Shown here one piece after another: positions 13,147 to 22,884 of a DNA stretch of 24,000 nucleotides. The DNA lies in contig NZ_VIQM01000026.1 in the NCBI RefSeq assembly GCF_008520265.1, positions 7,902 to 31,901 on the forward strand, read 5' to 3'. Both the position numbers and the translations under genes were made by a program. Within the stretch, counting starts at the first letter, position 1; every line of letters starts with the position of its first letter. The notes under the pieces are model-generated. The model was not told where the DNA came from and did no database searches. It saw nothing but the letters and a program-made list of their open reading frames with translations. The DNA comes from Sphingobacterium cavernae (lineage in GTDB: Bacteria; Bacteroidota; Bacteroidia; Sphingobacteriales; Sphingobacteriaceae).

Positions 13147-13330
13147 AACTACCCATTTGCTAAAGACAAATGGGCTTCGGGCTTCACAGACTTGTGCTTT
13201 GTTGCCAAAGTCTTATTTGAGTCTCCGCCCGTGTAATCGCCAGTTCCTGACGATATTATTTTTAATCCTTCTTTCAGAATGTTTTTTGCAGCGTTTAAAT
13301 CACGGTCTAAAACGTGTCCATTTTTGCAAG
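13125..13330 (-). ncRNA. Predicted TnpB omega-RNA (reRNA) scaffold plus flanking guide; extent approximate
   Basis: By analogy with characterised TnpB systems, the guide RNA derives from the tnpB 3' end plus the right end and reads into the flank. The right-end hairpin is present. No covariance model was run. Confidence 0.4.
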
Positions 13331-14342
13331 TCCATTCTCTTATTGAAAGATTTAAGTCTTGATTTATCCAACCGCACTCACAGCAGGTTTTACTTGATGG
13401 ATAGAAGCGATTGATTTTTACAATCTGTTTATCGTTCCAATCAGCCTTGTATTCAAGCAACCTAACGAAAGTTCCCCAACTTGCATCAGAAATATGTTTT
13501 GAAAGTTTATGGTTTTTCACCATACCTTTCACATTCAAATCTTCTAATGCAATTATATCGTAGTTAGAAACTAATTGGTGCGATACCTTATGTAAGTTAT
13601 CCATTCGTGAGTTGGTTATCTTCTGGTGAAGTCTTGCTGTTTTTCGTCTTTGTCTTTCAAACGAATTACTGCCTTTTGTCTTACGAGAAAGATGTTTTTG
13701 TGCTTTCGCTAATTCTTTTTCATATTGTTTTGTGTATTTGTTGTTCTTGAATTTGACACCATCAGAAGTAATAGCAAAGTCTTTTAAACCTAAATCTATT
13801 CCACAAAAAGCACCAGTCTTTTCTTTTACTTGATATTCTTCTTCTGATAGTATTGATACAAAATATTTTCCTGTTGGTGTTTTACTCAAAGTACATTTAC
13901 TAATTTCGCCTTTAACTTCACGATGAACATTAACTTTAATACCTTCTTTGAATTTTGGTGCAAAAAATCTACCACCTTCAAGTTTTGCGAACTGTGGAAC
14001 TGTGAATGAGTTTTTCTTTTTCCTTGACTTAAATCGTGGAAACTTAGCATTACCTCTAAAAAAATTCACGTAAGCAGTATCTAAACATCTTAAAACAAAT
14101 TGTAATGATTGACTATTCACTTCTTTCAGCCAAGCAGTTTCCTCTTTCTTTTTTAGTGCAGTTAAGGTAGCTGCCTGTTTATAGTAATTATCAGACTTTT
14201 TATTTGCTTGATATTGCTCTTTCTTTTCATTTAAAAAGTAGTTGTAAACGTAACGGATACATCCAAAATGCTTATCCAACAACACTTTTTGCTCTTGTGT
14301 TGGCTGCAATTCAAATTGATATGTCCGAAAAATTATCTTCAT
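13149..14342 (-). CDS. tnpB: RNA-guided endonuclease TnpB (IS200/IS605 OrfB family)
   Basis: The ORF is 13149-14372. I prefer the ATG at 14342 (MKIIFRTYQFELQPT is a typical OrfB N-terminus). RuvC-I is GIDLGLKDFA and RuvC-II is IALEDLNVKGM. The Zn finger is CCECGW...CKNGH, and RuvC-III is DRDLNAAKNI. Confidence 0.9.
   Translation of the reverse strand: MKIIFRTYQFELQPTQEQKVLLDKHFGCIRYVYNYFLNEKKEQYQANKKSDNYYKQAATLTALKKKEETAWLKEVNSQSLQFVLRCLDTAYVNFFRGNAKFPRFKSRKKKNSFTVPQFAKLEGGRFFAPKFKEGIKVNVHREVKGEISKCTLSKTPTGKYFVSILSEEEYQVKEKTGAFCGIDLGLKDFAITSDGVKFKNNKYTKQYEKELAKAQKHLSRKTKGSNSFERQRRKTARLHQKITNSRMDNLHKVSHQLVSNYDIIALEDLNVKGMVKNHKLSKHISDASWGTFVRLLEYKADWNDKQIVKINRFYPSSKTCCECGWINQDLNLSIREWTCKNGHVLDRDLNAAKNILKEGLKIISSGTGDYTGGDSNKTLATKHKSVKPEAHLSLANG
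13152..13174 (-). repeat. IS right-end (tnpB-proximal) subterminal hairpin
   Basis: CCCATTTG-CTAAAGA-CAAATGGG on the + strand forms a perfect 8-bp stem. It overlaps the last tnpB codons (stop at 13149-13151). Confidence 0.75.
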
Positions 14343-14458
14343 TCTACTATTAAATAGTTTTATTTTATGCAAAAAAACATTTTATTTATGCAGTCCGATG
14401 CGTTTTTTGTAAATATCTCCATTTTCATTGAGAAACATTCACAAAAAACTTCGCTAAT

Positions 14459-14962
14459 ATGTCTAAAAAATGTAATTACATCAGCACAAATCGTTCAAAA
14501 CACTACTTAAAGTGTCATTTAATCTTCGTTTGCAAGTATCGTAAAAAGTTACTTGTAGGTCAGTTAAAAGATGATATGCGTTCTCTCTTAAACATTACTT
14601 CTAATTCAGATTTTCAAATTGAAGTGTTTGAATCTGATTTAGAACACATCCATTTTCTTATTCGTTATATCCCCCGTGTTTCAATTACTTCTATTGTTCG
14701 CAAGTTAAAACAAGAATCTACTTATTACATTTCCCGTTCACCACACAGGTCATTCTTATTTAAACATTTTTGGAAAGAACATACTTTCTGGTATGATGGT
14801 TATTTTGTTTGTTCAATAGGTGAAGCATCTCCTGATACTATTCGTGAGTATATTCTCAATCAGGGTGAGTCGCTTACATCCAACAGGCTAAAGACCTGTG
14901 GGTTTTACGCTCCGTTTTATAAAATTTTTACAAATGATGCTTTTATTGAAGCATATCCATAA
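14459..14962 (+). CDS. tnpA: IS200/IS605 family Y1 (HUH) transposase TnpA
   Basis: This is a 167-aa ORF. The HUH motif is HIHFLI and the catalytic Tyr context is IREYILNQ. The C-terminal ~30 codons read through the left-end hairpin, so the tail may be non-native. Confidence 0.85.
   Translation: MSKKCNYISTNRSKHYLKCHLIFVCKYRKKLLVGQLKDDMRSLLNITSNSDFQIEVFESDLEHIHFLIRYIPRVSITSIVRKLKQESTYYISRSPHRSFLFKHFWKEHTFWYDGYFVCSIGEASPDTIREYILNQGESLTSNRLKTCGFYAPFYKIFTNDAFIEAYP
14880..14902 (-). repeat. IS left-end (tnpA-proximal) subterminal hairpin
   Basis: CCAACAGG-CTAAAGA-CCTGTGGG pairs at 7 of 8 positions. It has the same 7-nt loop and the same orientation as the 13152-13174 hairpin. Confidence 0.7.
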
Positions 14963-15083
14963 TATAACGATTCATGAAAGGAATTATTTTATCAAACTAC
15001 TAAATTTTAGTAATAATACGATTATTCAGTAGGTAACATCAATTTTATAGTTATGCAAAATACCAGAGGAAAATATTATCCTA

Positions 15084-15992
15084 CTATGCTATAAGCCAAT
15101 CGATAACAATGCCGTCTTTTTCCATCTTTCGAAAATAAGTCATCTGTCTCTTCGCATAGCGATGGATTTCGGTTTCTAATTTTTTCACAAAATTATCGTA
15201 AGGAATCTTTCCTTTGAGGTAATATGAGATATACTTGTATTCCAAACCGTAATATTCGAGTTCATCATGCGTTATTCCACGCTCCAAAAGATCTTTAACC
15301 TCAGCGATCATACCTTCATCCAAACGCTGTAGCAGACGCTTACTAATTCGATCTCGGCGAGTTTCGACAGAGGGGTTTAAACCTATAATTTTATAACGGT
15401 GTAATTTCCCAGTACTAAAATCATATTCTGGATTTGCTACTAGAAATCTACATATTTCAACAGCTCTAATCATTCGTTTTCGGGAAGAAAAATCAATTTG
15501 AAAATTAGATGGGATGGACTCTTCTTTTAATAGAATTTGAAGTTCTTCCTTATTAAGTGATTCTAATTCACTACGCAATTGCAAATCATTGGGAATTTGT
15601 GTGTAACGTTTAGTTTGTAAAAGGCTTTGAATATAAAAACCTGTACCACCACAGACTATCACACATTTGCCGCGTTGAATAATATCGTAATAACTATCTT
15701 CAAAATCTTTCAAAAACAAATCGACATTATATTTTTCTCCAGGCTTAAGAATATTTATTAAGTGATATTGAATATCTTGGTATTCGGCCAAATCCTTGCC
15801 CGTACCTATATCCATATGCCGATAAACTTGACGTGAATCTGCGGAAATAATTTCGGCATTAATATGTTTTGCAATTTCTACAGCAAGTTTGGTCTTACCG
15901 CTGGCAGTTGGGCCAAGAATTATTAATAAATCTTCAGGAAGAAGTTGAGCATCTTCCTGAAGATCTGTTATAATTTTTGAAGTGTTTATCAC
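15084..15992 (-). CDS. miaA: tRNA dimethylallyltransferase
   Basis: This is a 302-aa ORF. It has the P-loop GPTASGKT and the motif ISADSRQVYRHMDIGTGK. It uses a GTG start that overlaps the upstream gene's TGA (GTGA at 15989-15992). Confidence 0.93.
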   Translation of the reverse strand: MINTSKIITDLQEDAQLLPEDLLIILGPTASGKTKLAVEIAKHINAEIISADSRQVYRHMDIGTGKDLAEYQDIQYHLINILKPGEKYNVDLFLKDFEDSYYDIIQRGKCVIVCGGTGFYIQSLLQTKRYTQIPNDLQLRSELESLNKEELQILLKEESIPSNFQIDFSSRKRMIRAVEICRFLVANPEYDFSTGKLHRYKIIGLNPSVETRRDRISKRLLQRLDEGMIAEVKDLLERGITHDELEYYGLEYKYISYYLKGKIPYDNFVKKLETEIHRYAKRQMTYFRKMEKDGIVIDWLIA

Positions 15993-17161
15993 ACCACAAA
16001 TTTAGTCCATTTTTCGTTACTTTCGTTGCTTTTTACTACAGTATCAATAAATGCCATACCTCTTACCCCATCAGCTACTGTAGGGAAATCTAATTGTTCA
16101 GGAGTCGGTGTTTTACCTTCATTTTTGGCTGAAACTGTTAACGCAAAATTTCGGTAAATATTTCCAAAAGACTCTAATAATCCTTCAGGGTGACCTGCAG
16201 GAATACGCGTATTATGCGTTGCAAATGAACTTAAAGTATACGGATCTGCATAATTATTTCCCGTACGATAAATTTGACGTGGAATATCCAGCATCTTAAC
16301 AATTAAATTATTTGGATCTTCATTTGCCCACTCCAAACCACCTTTTTCTCCATAAATACGTATACGCACTGCATTTTCTTCACCGGCACAGATTTGCGAA
16401 GCCATCAAAACTCCCTTTGCGCCGTCATTGAAACGTAATAACACATTACCATCATCATCCAACACACGTCCTTCTACAAATGAAGTTAAGTCAGCACACA
16501 CCTCTTGAATACGCAATCCTGTAACGTATTCTGCCAAATGCGCGGCATGCACACCAATATCTCCCATAGCAAGAGATTTACCCGAACGCTTTGGATCTGT
16601 ACGCCATGCAGCACCAGCATTACCTTCACGCTCTGATAATCGGCTTAGCCATCCTTGCGGATATTCAACTACTACCTTACGAATCTTACCAAAATGACCC
16701 GCAGCAACCATCGCTTTTGCTTGTTTTACCATCGGATAACCTGAATACGTATGAGTCAAACACAAAGTACGACCAGTGCGTTCTACAATCTCTTGTAAAG
16801 ATTTCGCTTCTTCCAGTGAAACTGTAATTGGCTTTTCTACAACCACATCAAAACCCGCTTCTAAAGCTAATTTGGCAGGATCATAATGTAAAAAATTAGG
16901 TGTAACGATAGTCAAGAAATCCATACGTTCGCCTTCAGGAAGTTGCGCTTCTTTTTCAATCATAGTTTGATAGTCAGGATATACCCTGTCATCAGCCACA
17001 AATAAATCGCGACCAGATTGAATAGAAATTTCTTGATTAACACTAAATGCACCACAAACCAACTCAATTTTGCCGTCCATGAATGCTGCTATACGGTGTA
17101 CTGCTCCGATGAAGGCGTCATTTCCTCCACCCACCATACCCATGCGTAGTTTTCTCTTCAT
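15989..17161 (-). CDS. Gfo/Idh/MocA family oxidoreductase
   Basis: This is a 390-aa ORF. It has an N-terminal Rossmann motif (MGMVGGGNDAFIG) and EKP (VVEKPITVSLEEA), typical of the family. Confidence 0.85.
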   Translation of the reverse strand: MKRKLRMGMVGGGNDAFIGAVHRIAAFMDGKIELVCGAFSVNQEISIQSGRDLFVADDRVYPDYQTMIEKEAQLPEGERMDFLTIVTPNFLHYDPAKLALEAGFDVVVEKPITVSLEEAKSLQEIVERTGRTLCLTHTYSGYPMVKQAKAMVAAGHFGKIRKVVVEYPQGWLSRLSEREGNAGAAWRTDPKRSGKSLAMGDIGVHAAHLAEYVTGLRIQEVCADLTSFVEGRVLDDDGNVLLRFNDGAKGVLMASQICAGEENAVRIRIYGEKGGLEWANEDPNNLIVKMLDIPRQIYRTGNNYADPYTLSSFATHNTRIPAGHPEGLLESFGNIYRNFALTVSAKNEGKTPTPEQLDFPTVADGVRGMAFIDTVVKSNESNEKWTKFVV

Positions 17162-17206
17162 TATATATTTAGTTTATATTGACTTTTCTAATTTAACAAA
17201 AACTTA

Positions 17207-17950
17207 TCAGAGATAAAGCTTCAATTTTATACTGCCGCTATTTTTTATAATATAATCATAATTTTCTTCGTCTGCTGCATAATTCAATCTTTTGCCATCC
17301 TTTACCTTAAACGTTTGTCTATCCGTATTATTCACGACCTGAAAACCAATAGTTTCTAAAGAAGATTGTTGGCTCCAATCACGATCTGCGTACGTCATAA
17401 TATCATTGGGTTTGAAATCCTTGATAAATGCCTTGATCAACTTTGAAATACCTCCAGTTATCAAATAATCCGTTTTATGGCAAAATCGAACCAGTTCAAA
17501 TGAGCGGTAGTCTTCACTAATTTCATGCAAAATCCTTCCACCACTAAATACCGCAACACTTACCAATTCTCCTTTATAAAATAATCCATAACGATATTTG
17601 CCAGCCATCGGACCATTTATATGATTTTCTTCCAAAAAATCCAACGTCACCTTTTTATCTATACGAGCTACCACTGTTTTACGTGCATATAGACGTTTTC
17701 CTTTCCCTATCATACCTTTCAGTCGTTTTAAGACCTTTTGATAAGAATGAATTAATACATCTATATCCAGATGAATTGTTTTTAACTCCTCTTCTATATT
17801 CAGACGAGAAGAATGCGGTAGATAAATTAGCAAAAGAAATTTTGAGGTACGGATACGAATAATATGCTCTTCAAAAGTTAAATTTTCTACTATTCTTTCA
17901 TCTCGAAGATCCGCAATCAACCGCTCCACCTCAGGTAAATCTTTCTGCAT
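17207..17950 (-). CDS. Hypothetical protein (possibly GNAT-like fold)
   Basis: The ORF is 17207-18043. I prefer the ATG at 17950 because the longer form would overlap the divergent def start. The pattern FLEENHINGP...ELVRFC...GGISKLIKAF...YADRDWS...GF resembles an acetyltransferase-like family, from memory only. Confidence 0.55.
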   Translation of the reverse strand: MQKDLPEVERLIADLRDERIVENLTFEEHIIRIRTSKFLLLIYLPHSSRLNIEEELKTIHLDIDVLIHSYQKVLKRLKGMIGKGKRLYARKTVVARIDKKVTLDFLEENHINGPMAGKYRYGLFYKGELVSVAVFSGGRILHEISEDYRSFELVRFCHKTDYLITGGISKLIKAFIKDFKPNDIMTYADRDWSQQSSLETIGFQVVNNTDRQTFKVKDGKRLNYAADEENYDYIIKNSGSIKLKLYL

Positions 17951-18029
17951 AGGGTTAAAAATACAAAAAATTTTCGTCCCTGTCTTATTATAAATAATTG
18001 GTAACTTTGCGAACTGAATATTTATAAGA

Positions 18030-18617
18030 ATGAAATTACCCATAGTAGCATACGGAGATCCTGTACTTAGAAAAAAAGCAGAAGAGATTGATGAGGATTA
18101 CCCAAATTTGAAAGAATTGATTGACAACATGTTCGAAACCATGTACGCGGCACGTGGTGTCGGACTTGCAGCTCCGCAAATAGGGCTACCAATTCGATTA
18201 TTTGTTGTGGATGGCTCACCTTTTGGCGAAGATGATGAGGATGGTGAAGGCGACCCAACGGTTAAAGATTTCAAAAAAGTTTTTATAAACCCTATCATAG
18301 TTCAAGAGTCTGGTGAAAAATGGGCATTCAATGAAGGTTGTCTTTCTATTCCAGATGTGACAGAAGATGTACTACGCCACTCTAATGTGTTGATCAACTA
18401 TTTGGATGAAAATTTCGTAGAACACGAAATTGAATTGACAGGTCTGGCTGCTCGTATTGTACAACACGAATACGATCATATTGAAGGTAAATTATTCGTG
18501 GATAAAATTGGTCCTTTGAAAAAAGCAATGTTAAAAAGTAGATTAGATTCTATTTCTAAAGGATTAATCCGTGTAAGCTATAAAATGAAGTTTCCTTTCC
18601 AAAAGAAAGGCAGATAA
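18030..18617 (+). CDS. def: Peptide deformylase
   Basis: All three PDF motifs are present: GVGLAAPQIG, EGCLS and QHEYDHIEG. Confidence 0.95.
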   Translation: MKLPIVAYGDPVLRKKAEEIDEDYPNLKELIDNMFETMYAARGVGLAAPQIGLPIRLFVVDGSPFGEDDEDGEGDPTVKDFKKVFINPIIVQESGEKWAFNEGCLSIPDVTEDVLRHSNVLINYLDENFVEHEIELTGLAARIVQHEYDHIEGKLFVDKIGPLKKAMLKSRLDSISKGLIRVSYKMKFPFQKKGR

Positions 18618-18655
18618 AAAGATTAGGCTCACATTAAAAGTGAGCCTAATCTTTT
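18618..18655. terminator. Bidirectional terminator between the convergent def and isomerase-like genes
   Basis: AAAGATTAGGCTCAC / GTGAGCCTAATCTTT form a 15-bp perfect stem around a 7-nt loop. A/T runs sit on both sides. Confidence 0.75.
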
Positions 18656-19709
18656 AGGATAACCCTAATATTTCTTTATTGAATTTTGCGTCAGCACCTG
18701 TAGAAGCAAAATCATCAAAAGCCTTATCCGTCACTCTGATGATATGATCCTGAATGAATTTAGAACCTTCTGTTGCGCCATCAATTTGATTTTTGATACA
18801 GCACTCCCACTCCATCACAGCCCAACCATCGTAGCCATACTGTGTTAATTTACTAAAGATAGTTTTAAAATCTACCTGACCATCGCCCGGAGAACGGTAT
18901 CGACCAGCACGATTTAACCAAGATTGGTACCCGCCAAAAGTTCCTTGTCTCCCTGTAGGGTTAAACTCCGAATCTTTTACGTGGAAAGCTTTAATACGTT
19001 CGTGGTAAAAATCTATATATTGGATATAATCCAGTTGTTGTAATACAAAATGCGATGGATCATACAATAGACACGCTCTTGGGTGATTATTTACTTTTTC
19101 CAAAAACATTTCATATGTAACCCCATCAAACAAGTCTTCACCTGGATGAATTTCATAGCATACATCTACACCAGCTTCGTCAAAAGCATTCAAAATCGGC
19201 GTCCAGCGACGAGCTAACTCTGTAAATGCTTCATCTACTAATCCTTCGGGACGCTGTGGCCAAGGATGAAAATATTGCCACAATAATGATCCACTAAAAG
19301 TCGCATGCGCATTCAAACCTAAATTTTGAGAAGCTTTTGCCGCATAAATCATCTGCTGTGTAGCCCATTCTGTACGTGCTTTTGGATTATTGCGGTATTG
19401 CTCTGGCGCGAAAGCATCAAATAACTTATCATAAGCCGGATGCACAGCCACCAATTGACCTTGTAAATGTGTAGACAACTCTGTGATTTCTAAGCCAATT
19501 TCTTGCAACTTACCTTTATACTCGTCAGCATACGTTTTGCTTTCTGCTGCTTTTTGTAAATCAAAATATGTTGGGTCATTTGTAGGAATTTGCAATCCAA
19601 CAAAATCTAATGATTTTGCCCACTTTGCAATATTCTCAATGGAATTAAATGGCTCTTGATCGGAGATAAATTGCGCTATAAATATACCCGGTCCTTTAAT
19701 TGTTTTCAT
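18654..19709 (-). CDS. Sugar phosphate isomerase/epimerase family protein (xylose-isomerase-like TIM barrel)
   Basis: This is a 351-aa ORF. Its overall pattern is typical of AP-endonuclease-2/xylose-isomerase-like barrels (YEIHPGED, HVKD, AVMEWE). Confidence 0.7.
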   Translation of the reverse strand: MKTIKGPGIFIAQFISDQEPFNSIENIAKWAKSLDFVGLQIPTNDPTYFDLQKAAESKTYADEYKGKLQEIGLEITELSTHLQGQLVAVHPAYDKLFDAFAPEQYRNNPKARTEWATQQMIYAAKASQNLGLNAHATFSGSLLWQYFHPWPQRPEGLVDEAFTELARRWTPILNAFDEAGVDVCYEIHPGEDLFDGVTYEMFLEKVNNHPRACLLYDPSHFVLQQLDYIQYIDFYHERIKAFHVKDSEFNPTGRQGTFGGYQSWLNRAGRYRSPGDGQVDFKTIFSKLTQYGYDGWAVMEWECCIKNQIDGATEGSKFIQDHIIRVTDKAFDDFASTGADAKFNKEILGLS

Positions 19710-19841
19710 AACTGTTAGTTTACGATTTAAATCTTTATTGATAGAAACTAAAAATAAGGTAAAATTTGTTGGTATAAAAATTGTTCGGCAAAGAATAGTA
19801 AAATTCTGATTATTTTACTTATATTCTTACAATCAAGCACA

Positions 19842-21065
19842 CTAATCGTGTGCTTTTTTATTTTTTTCTTCTATCCAAAGTGACATATATTTTGTTGCAT
19901 TCATTTGTTGTTGCAATAATATCTCACTTATAAAATGTTTCTTCCTAATCGCATTCAAGTTTGTCTTATAATGGTTAACCGTTTCTAACATCTCTTCCGA
20001 ATAAGAAGTATTTGCAATATCTGCATTAAACATCTCAAAACCCAGATGTTGCTTTTCCTTCCAAAGCTGCTCATCTGTATAAAGAAGAGCACATTTTTCT
20101 ATAAAATCTGACTTATCATCTGTAATAAAACCATTCCAATTGGATTCTGTCATCGACTCTGCCCCTACACGTGTAGTAATAGAAGGAGTTCCTGAAGCCA
20201 TAGCGTCAACAAATTTTCCTTTAGCTCCTGCGCCAAATGGAATTGGCGCAATCATAACGCGGTATTGCGCAATCGTGTTACGCGCATCCTCTGCTCTACC
20301 TTTTACTAAAAAGCGCTCTTTAGGATTATGTAATTGCAAAACTTTCTCCGACGCATAAGCACCATAGATATGCAATTCAGCCAATGGGCATTTTTTCCGA
20401 AGAATTGGCCAAATTTCCTTTTTTAGTATTTCTACTGTTTTAAAATTAGGCTCATGAATAAAATTGCCAATAAATACAAAATCCTTTCTTTTTCCGAAAC
20501 CCGGTAAATTCTCCATGTAATCTTCGGTAAGCGATTCTTCTTGGAATGGAATATAAAGCAATTTATTATTAGGTATGTTAAATTGTTCCGATAGCAATTG
20601 CATTTCCACTTTTGAGATAATTAATGATATATCCGAACGTAAGATCGACGCTAATTCGCGCTTTGCTGTAGGTGAATGATAATCAACTTCCTTATTTTTC
20701 TTATAAGCTTCTTGACGAGCCAATCGCACAAAGTGCAAATCTTCTGTATCTAATACGCGTAACGCACCTGGACAATGCTCAGCTATTCGCCAGCCATATT
20801 GCTCCTCTACCATGAAGCGATCGAAGACAACAATGTCAGGTAATAAATTTTTTACAAAGTCATCAAAGGAAGAATCATTCAAAAAAATGGACTTTTCTTG
20901 AACGCCTAAAGAGGACAATTCAGCACTGTGAATTGACTTCATCGCTGCTGAAGCAAACAAAACCTCACTTATTTTGCTAAAACATTTTATCAAGTGCAAA
21001 ATCCGCCATCCTGCTGCTGATGATGTTGGCTCAGGCCAAACTAATCCGATGAATAAAATTTTCAA
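19842..21065 (-). CDS. Glycosyltransferase (GT4/group 1-like, GT-B fold)
   Basis: This is a 407-aa ORF. It starts MKILFIGLVWPEP, and its C-terminal half carries a GAGAKGKFVDAMASGTPSITT (E/GxxxxE-like) sugar-nucleotide-binding region. Confidence 0.75.
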   Translation of the reverse strand: MKILFIGLVWPEPTSSAAGWRILHLIKCFSKISEVLFASAAMKSIHSAELSSLGVQEKSIFLNDSSFDDFVKNLLPDIVVFDRFMVEEQYGWRIAEHCPGALRVLDTEDLHFVRLARQEAYKKNKEVDYHSPTAKRELASILRSDISLIISKVEMQLLSEQFNIPNNKLLYIPFQEESLTEDYMENLPGFGKRKDFVFIGNFIHEPNFKTVEILKKEIWPILRKKCPLAELHIYGAYASEKVLQLHNPKERFLVKGRAEDARNTIAQYRVMIAPIPFGAGAKGKFVDAMASGTPSITTRVGAESMTESNWNGFITDDKSDFIEKCALLYTDEQLWKEKQHLGFEMFNADIANTSYSEEMLETVNHYKTNLNAIRKKHFISEILLQQQMNATKYMSLWIEEKNKKAHD

Positions 21066-21144
21066 AACTCGGGCTTTACTTAATGAATTTTTTATATATA
21101 TTTATTTTACTAATACAAAAGTATAATAAAATATAAACCAAATA

Positions 21145-22881
21145 ATGTCTACGTTTCAAATAATAGAAGAGTCTACAGTATACGATGCCGTAGTGGTCGG
21201 ATCTGGTGCTGGAGGCGGTATGGCAGGCTATATTCTTGCGAATGCAGGACTTAAAGTCTTGATGCTTGAGGCAGGTCCATTTTTCGATCCTGCTAAAGAT
21301 GCTTTACAATTGCGATGGCCGTGGGAATCTCCTCGTAGAGGAGCAAGTACTACACGCCCATTCGGAGATTTTGATGCTGCTTTTGGTGGATGGCAATTGG
21401 AAGGAGAGCCTTATACGCACGAAAAAGGCACGGAATTCGACTGGTTTAGAGCCCGCATGCTGGGTGGAAGAACCAACCACTGGGGTCGTATTTCTCTACG
21501 AATGGGGCCAGATGATTTCAAACCGAAAGATGGATTGACCGATGAATGGCCGATAACATACGATGAAGTAAAGCCTTTTTATGATCGTGTAGATCGTATG
21601 ATAGGAATCTACGGAACTGTGGAAGGTATTCACAATGAACCTGATGGTATTTTCTTGAAACCACCTAAACCTCGTTTAAGTGAACTTTATATTCGCAAAG
21701 CCGGACAAAAATCTGGTGTTCCTGTTATTGCAGGACGTGGATCTGTATTAACTGAAGCATTACCAGGTAACAAAGACAGAGGAGTTTGTTTTTATTGTGG
21801 TCAATGTGGTCGTTCTTGTAAAGTCTATGGTGACTTTTCTTCTTCTTCATGCTTGGTAATTCCCGCTATGAAAACTGGTAATTTGACCGTAATAGACAAT
21901 GCAATGGTGCGTGAGGTGTTAACAAATGATGAAGGCCTTGCTGTCGGGGTTTCTTATGTTAATACTAAAGATTTAAAAGAATATTCCGTTAAAGGAAAAA
22001 CAGTAATATTAGGTGCTTCTGCCTGCGAAAGTGCGCGCCTTATGCTAAACTCAAAATCTGCATCGCATCCAGGTGGAATTGGAAATAGCTCAGGTCTTGT
22101 TGGGAAATACCTACACGATTCGACTGGAGCTGGCTTAGGTGGATTTTTACCTCAGCTTCTTGACCGTAAGAAATATAATGAAGATGGCGTTGGTTCAGTA
22201 CACATCTATTCTCCATGGTGGCAAGGCGACAAGAAACTTGATTTTGCTAGAGGATATCACATTGAATATTGGGGCGGAATGGGAATGCCAAGTTTTGGTT
22301 ACTTCCACGGTATTCAAAATTACAATCACCTAGCGCCGAAAGCTGATGGCACAACCAGTGAAAGTGGTGGATATGGCGCTGCCCTGAAGCAAGATTATAA
22401 ACGTTTTTATGGAGCTTCTGTGGGTATGGATGGTCGTGGTACCGCCATCGCAAGAAAGGAAAACTATTGTGAAATAGATCCTAATAGAGTTGATAAATTC
22501 GGTATTCCGGTACTAAAATTCAATTACAAATGGTCGAATGAAGAGGTACTGCAAGCAAAACACATGATGGAAACTTTTCAAGAAATCATGCATAATATGG
22601 GCGCAATTATCACTTCACCTATACATGGTGCAGACACCTTGTATGGTTTGCAAACACCGGGTAAAATTATCCATGAAGGTGGTACAACCCGTATGGGCAA
22701 CGATGCTAAAACATCTGTCTTAAATAAATGGGGACAAGCACACGATTGTAAAAATCTTTATGTGGTAGACGCAGGACCTTTTGTACAGCAAGGTGATAAA
22801 AATTTGACTTGGACAATTTTAGCTCTGTCAATGCGTACCGCTGAGTATATTTTAAAGGAAAAAAATAAATTAAATAGCTAA
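21145..22881 (+). CDS. GMC family FAD-dependent oxidoreductase (gluconate 2-dehydrogenase flavoprotein-subunit-like)
   Basis: This is a 578-aa ORF. It has an N-terminal FAD motif (DAVVVGSGAGGG) and a C-terminal GMC region, HEGGTTRMG...NLYVVDAGPF. Confidence 0.88.
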   Translation: MSTFQIIEESTVYDAVVVGSGAGGGMAGYILANAGLKVLMLEAGPFFDPAKDALQLRWPWESPRRGASTTRPFGDFDAAFGGWQLEGEPYTHEKGTEFDWFRARMLGGRTNHWGRISLRMGPDDFKPKDGLTDEWPITYDEVKPFYDRVDRMIGIYGTVEGIHNEPDGIFLKPPKPRLSELYIRKAGQKSGVPVIAGRGSVLTEALPGNKDRGVCFYCGQCGRSCKVYGDFSSSSCLVIPAMKTGNLTVIDNAMVREVLTNDEGLAVGVSYVNTKDLKEYSVKGKTVILGASACESARLMLNSKSASHPGGIGNSSGLVGKYLHDSTGAGLGGFLPQLLDRKKYNEDGVGSVHIYSPWWQGDKKLDFARGYHIEYWGGMGMPSFGYFHGIQNYNHLAPKADGTTSESGGYGAALKQDYKRFYGASVGMDGRGTAIARKENYCEIDPNRVDKFGIPVLKFNYKWSNEEVLQAKHMMETFQEIMHNMGAIITSPIHGADTLYGLQTPGKIIHEGGTTRMGNDAKTSVLNKWGQAHDCKNLYVVDAGPFVQQGDKNLTWTILALSMRTAEYILKEKNKLNS

Positions 22882-22884
22882 GCA

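Larger units (their letters stand above)
13140..14925 (-). mobile_element. IS200/IS605-family insertion sequence (IS605-like layout: divergent tnpA and tnpB); ends approximate to +/-20 nt
   Basis: The element carries a Y1 HUH transposase and a TnpB, plus subterminal hairpins at both ends with the identical loop CTAAAGA. GLPGLI homology begins right next to the tnpB-proximal end. Confidence 0.8.

Noticed and set aside
17951-18043. Longer start (18043) for the hypothetical protein
   Set aside because: It would overlap the divergent def start at 18030, and the added 31 residues look non-native. ATG 17950 is preferred.
19836-19865. Hairpin AGCACAC-TAATC-GTGTGCT followed by a T-run on the + strand, overlapping the glycosyltransferase stop codon
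   Set aside because: The T-run is on the strand with no upstream gene. On the coding (reverse) strand the hairpin is not followed by a U-tract, so I do not call it a terminator.
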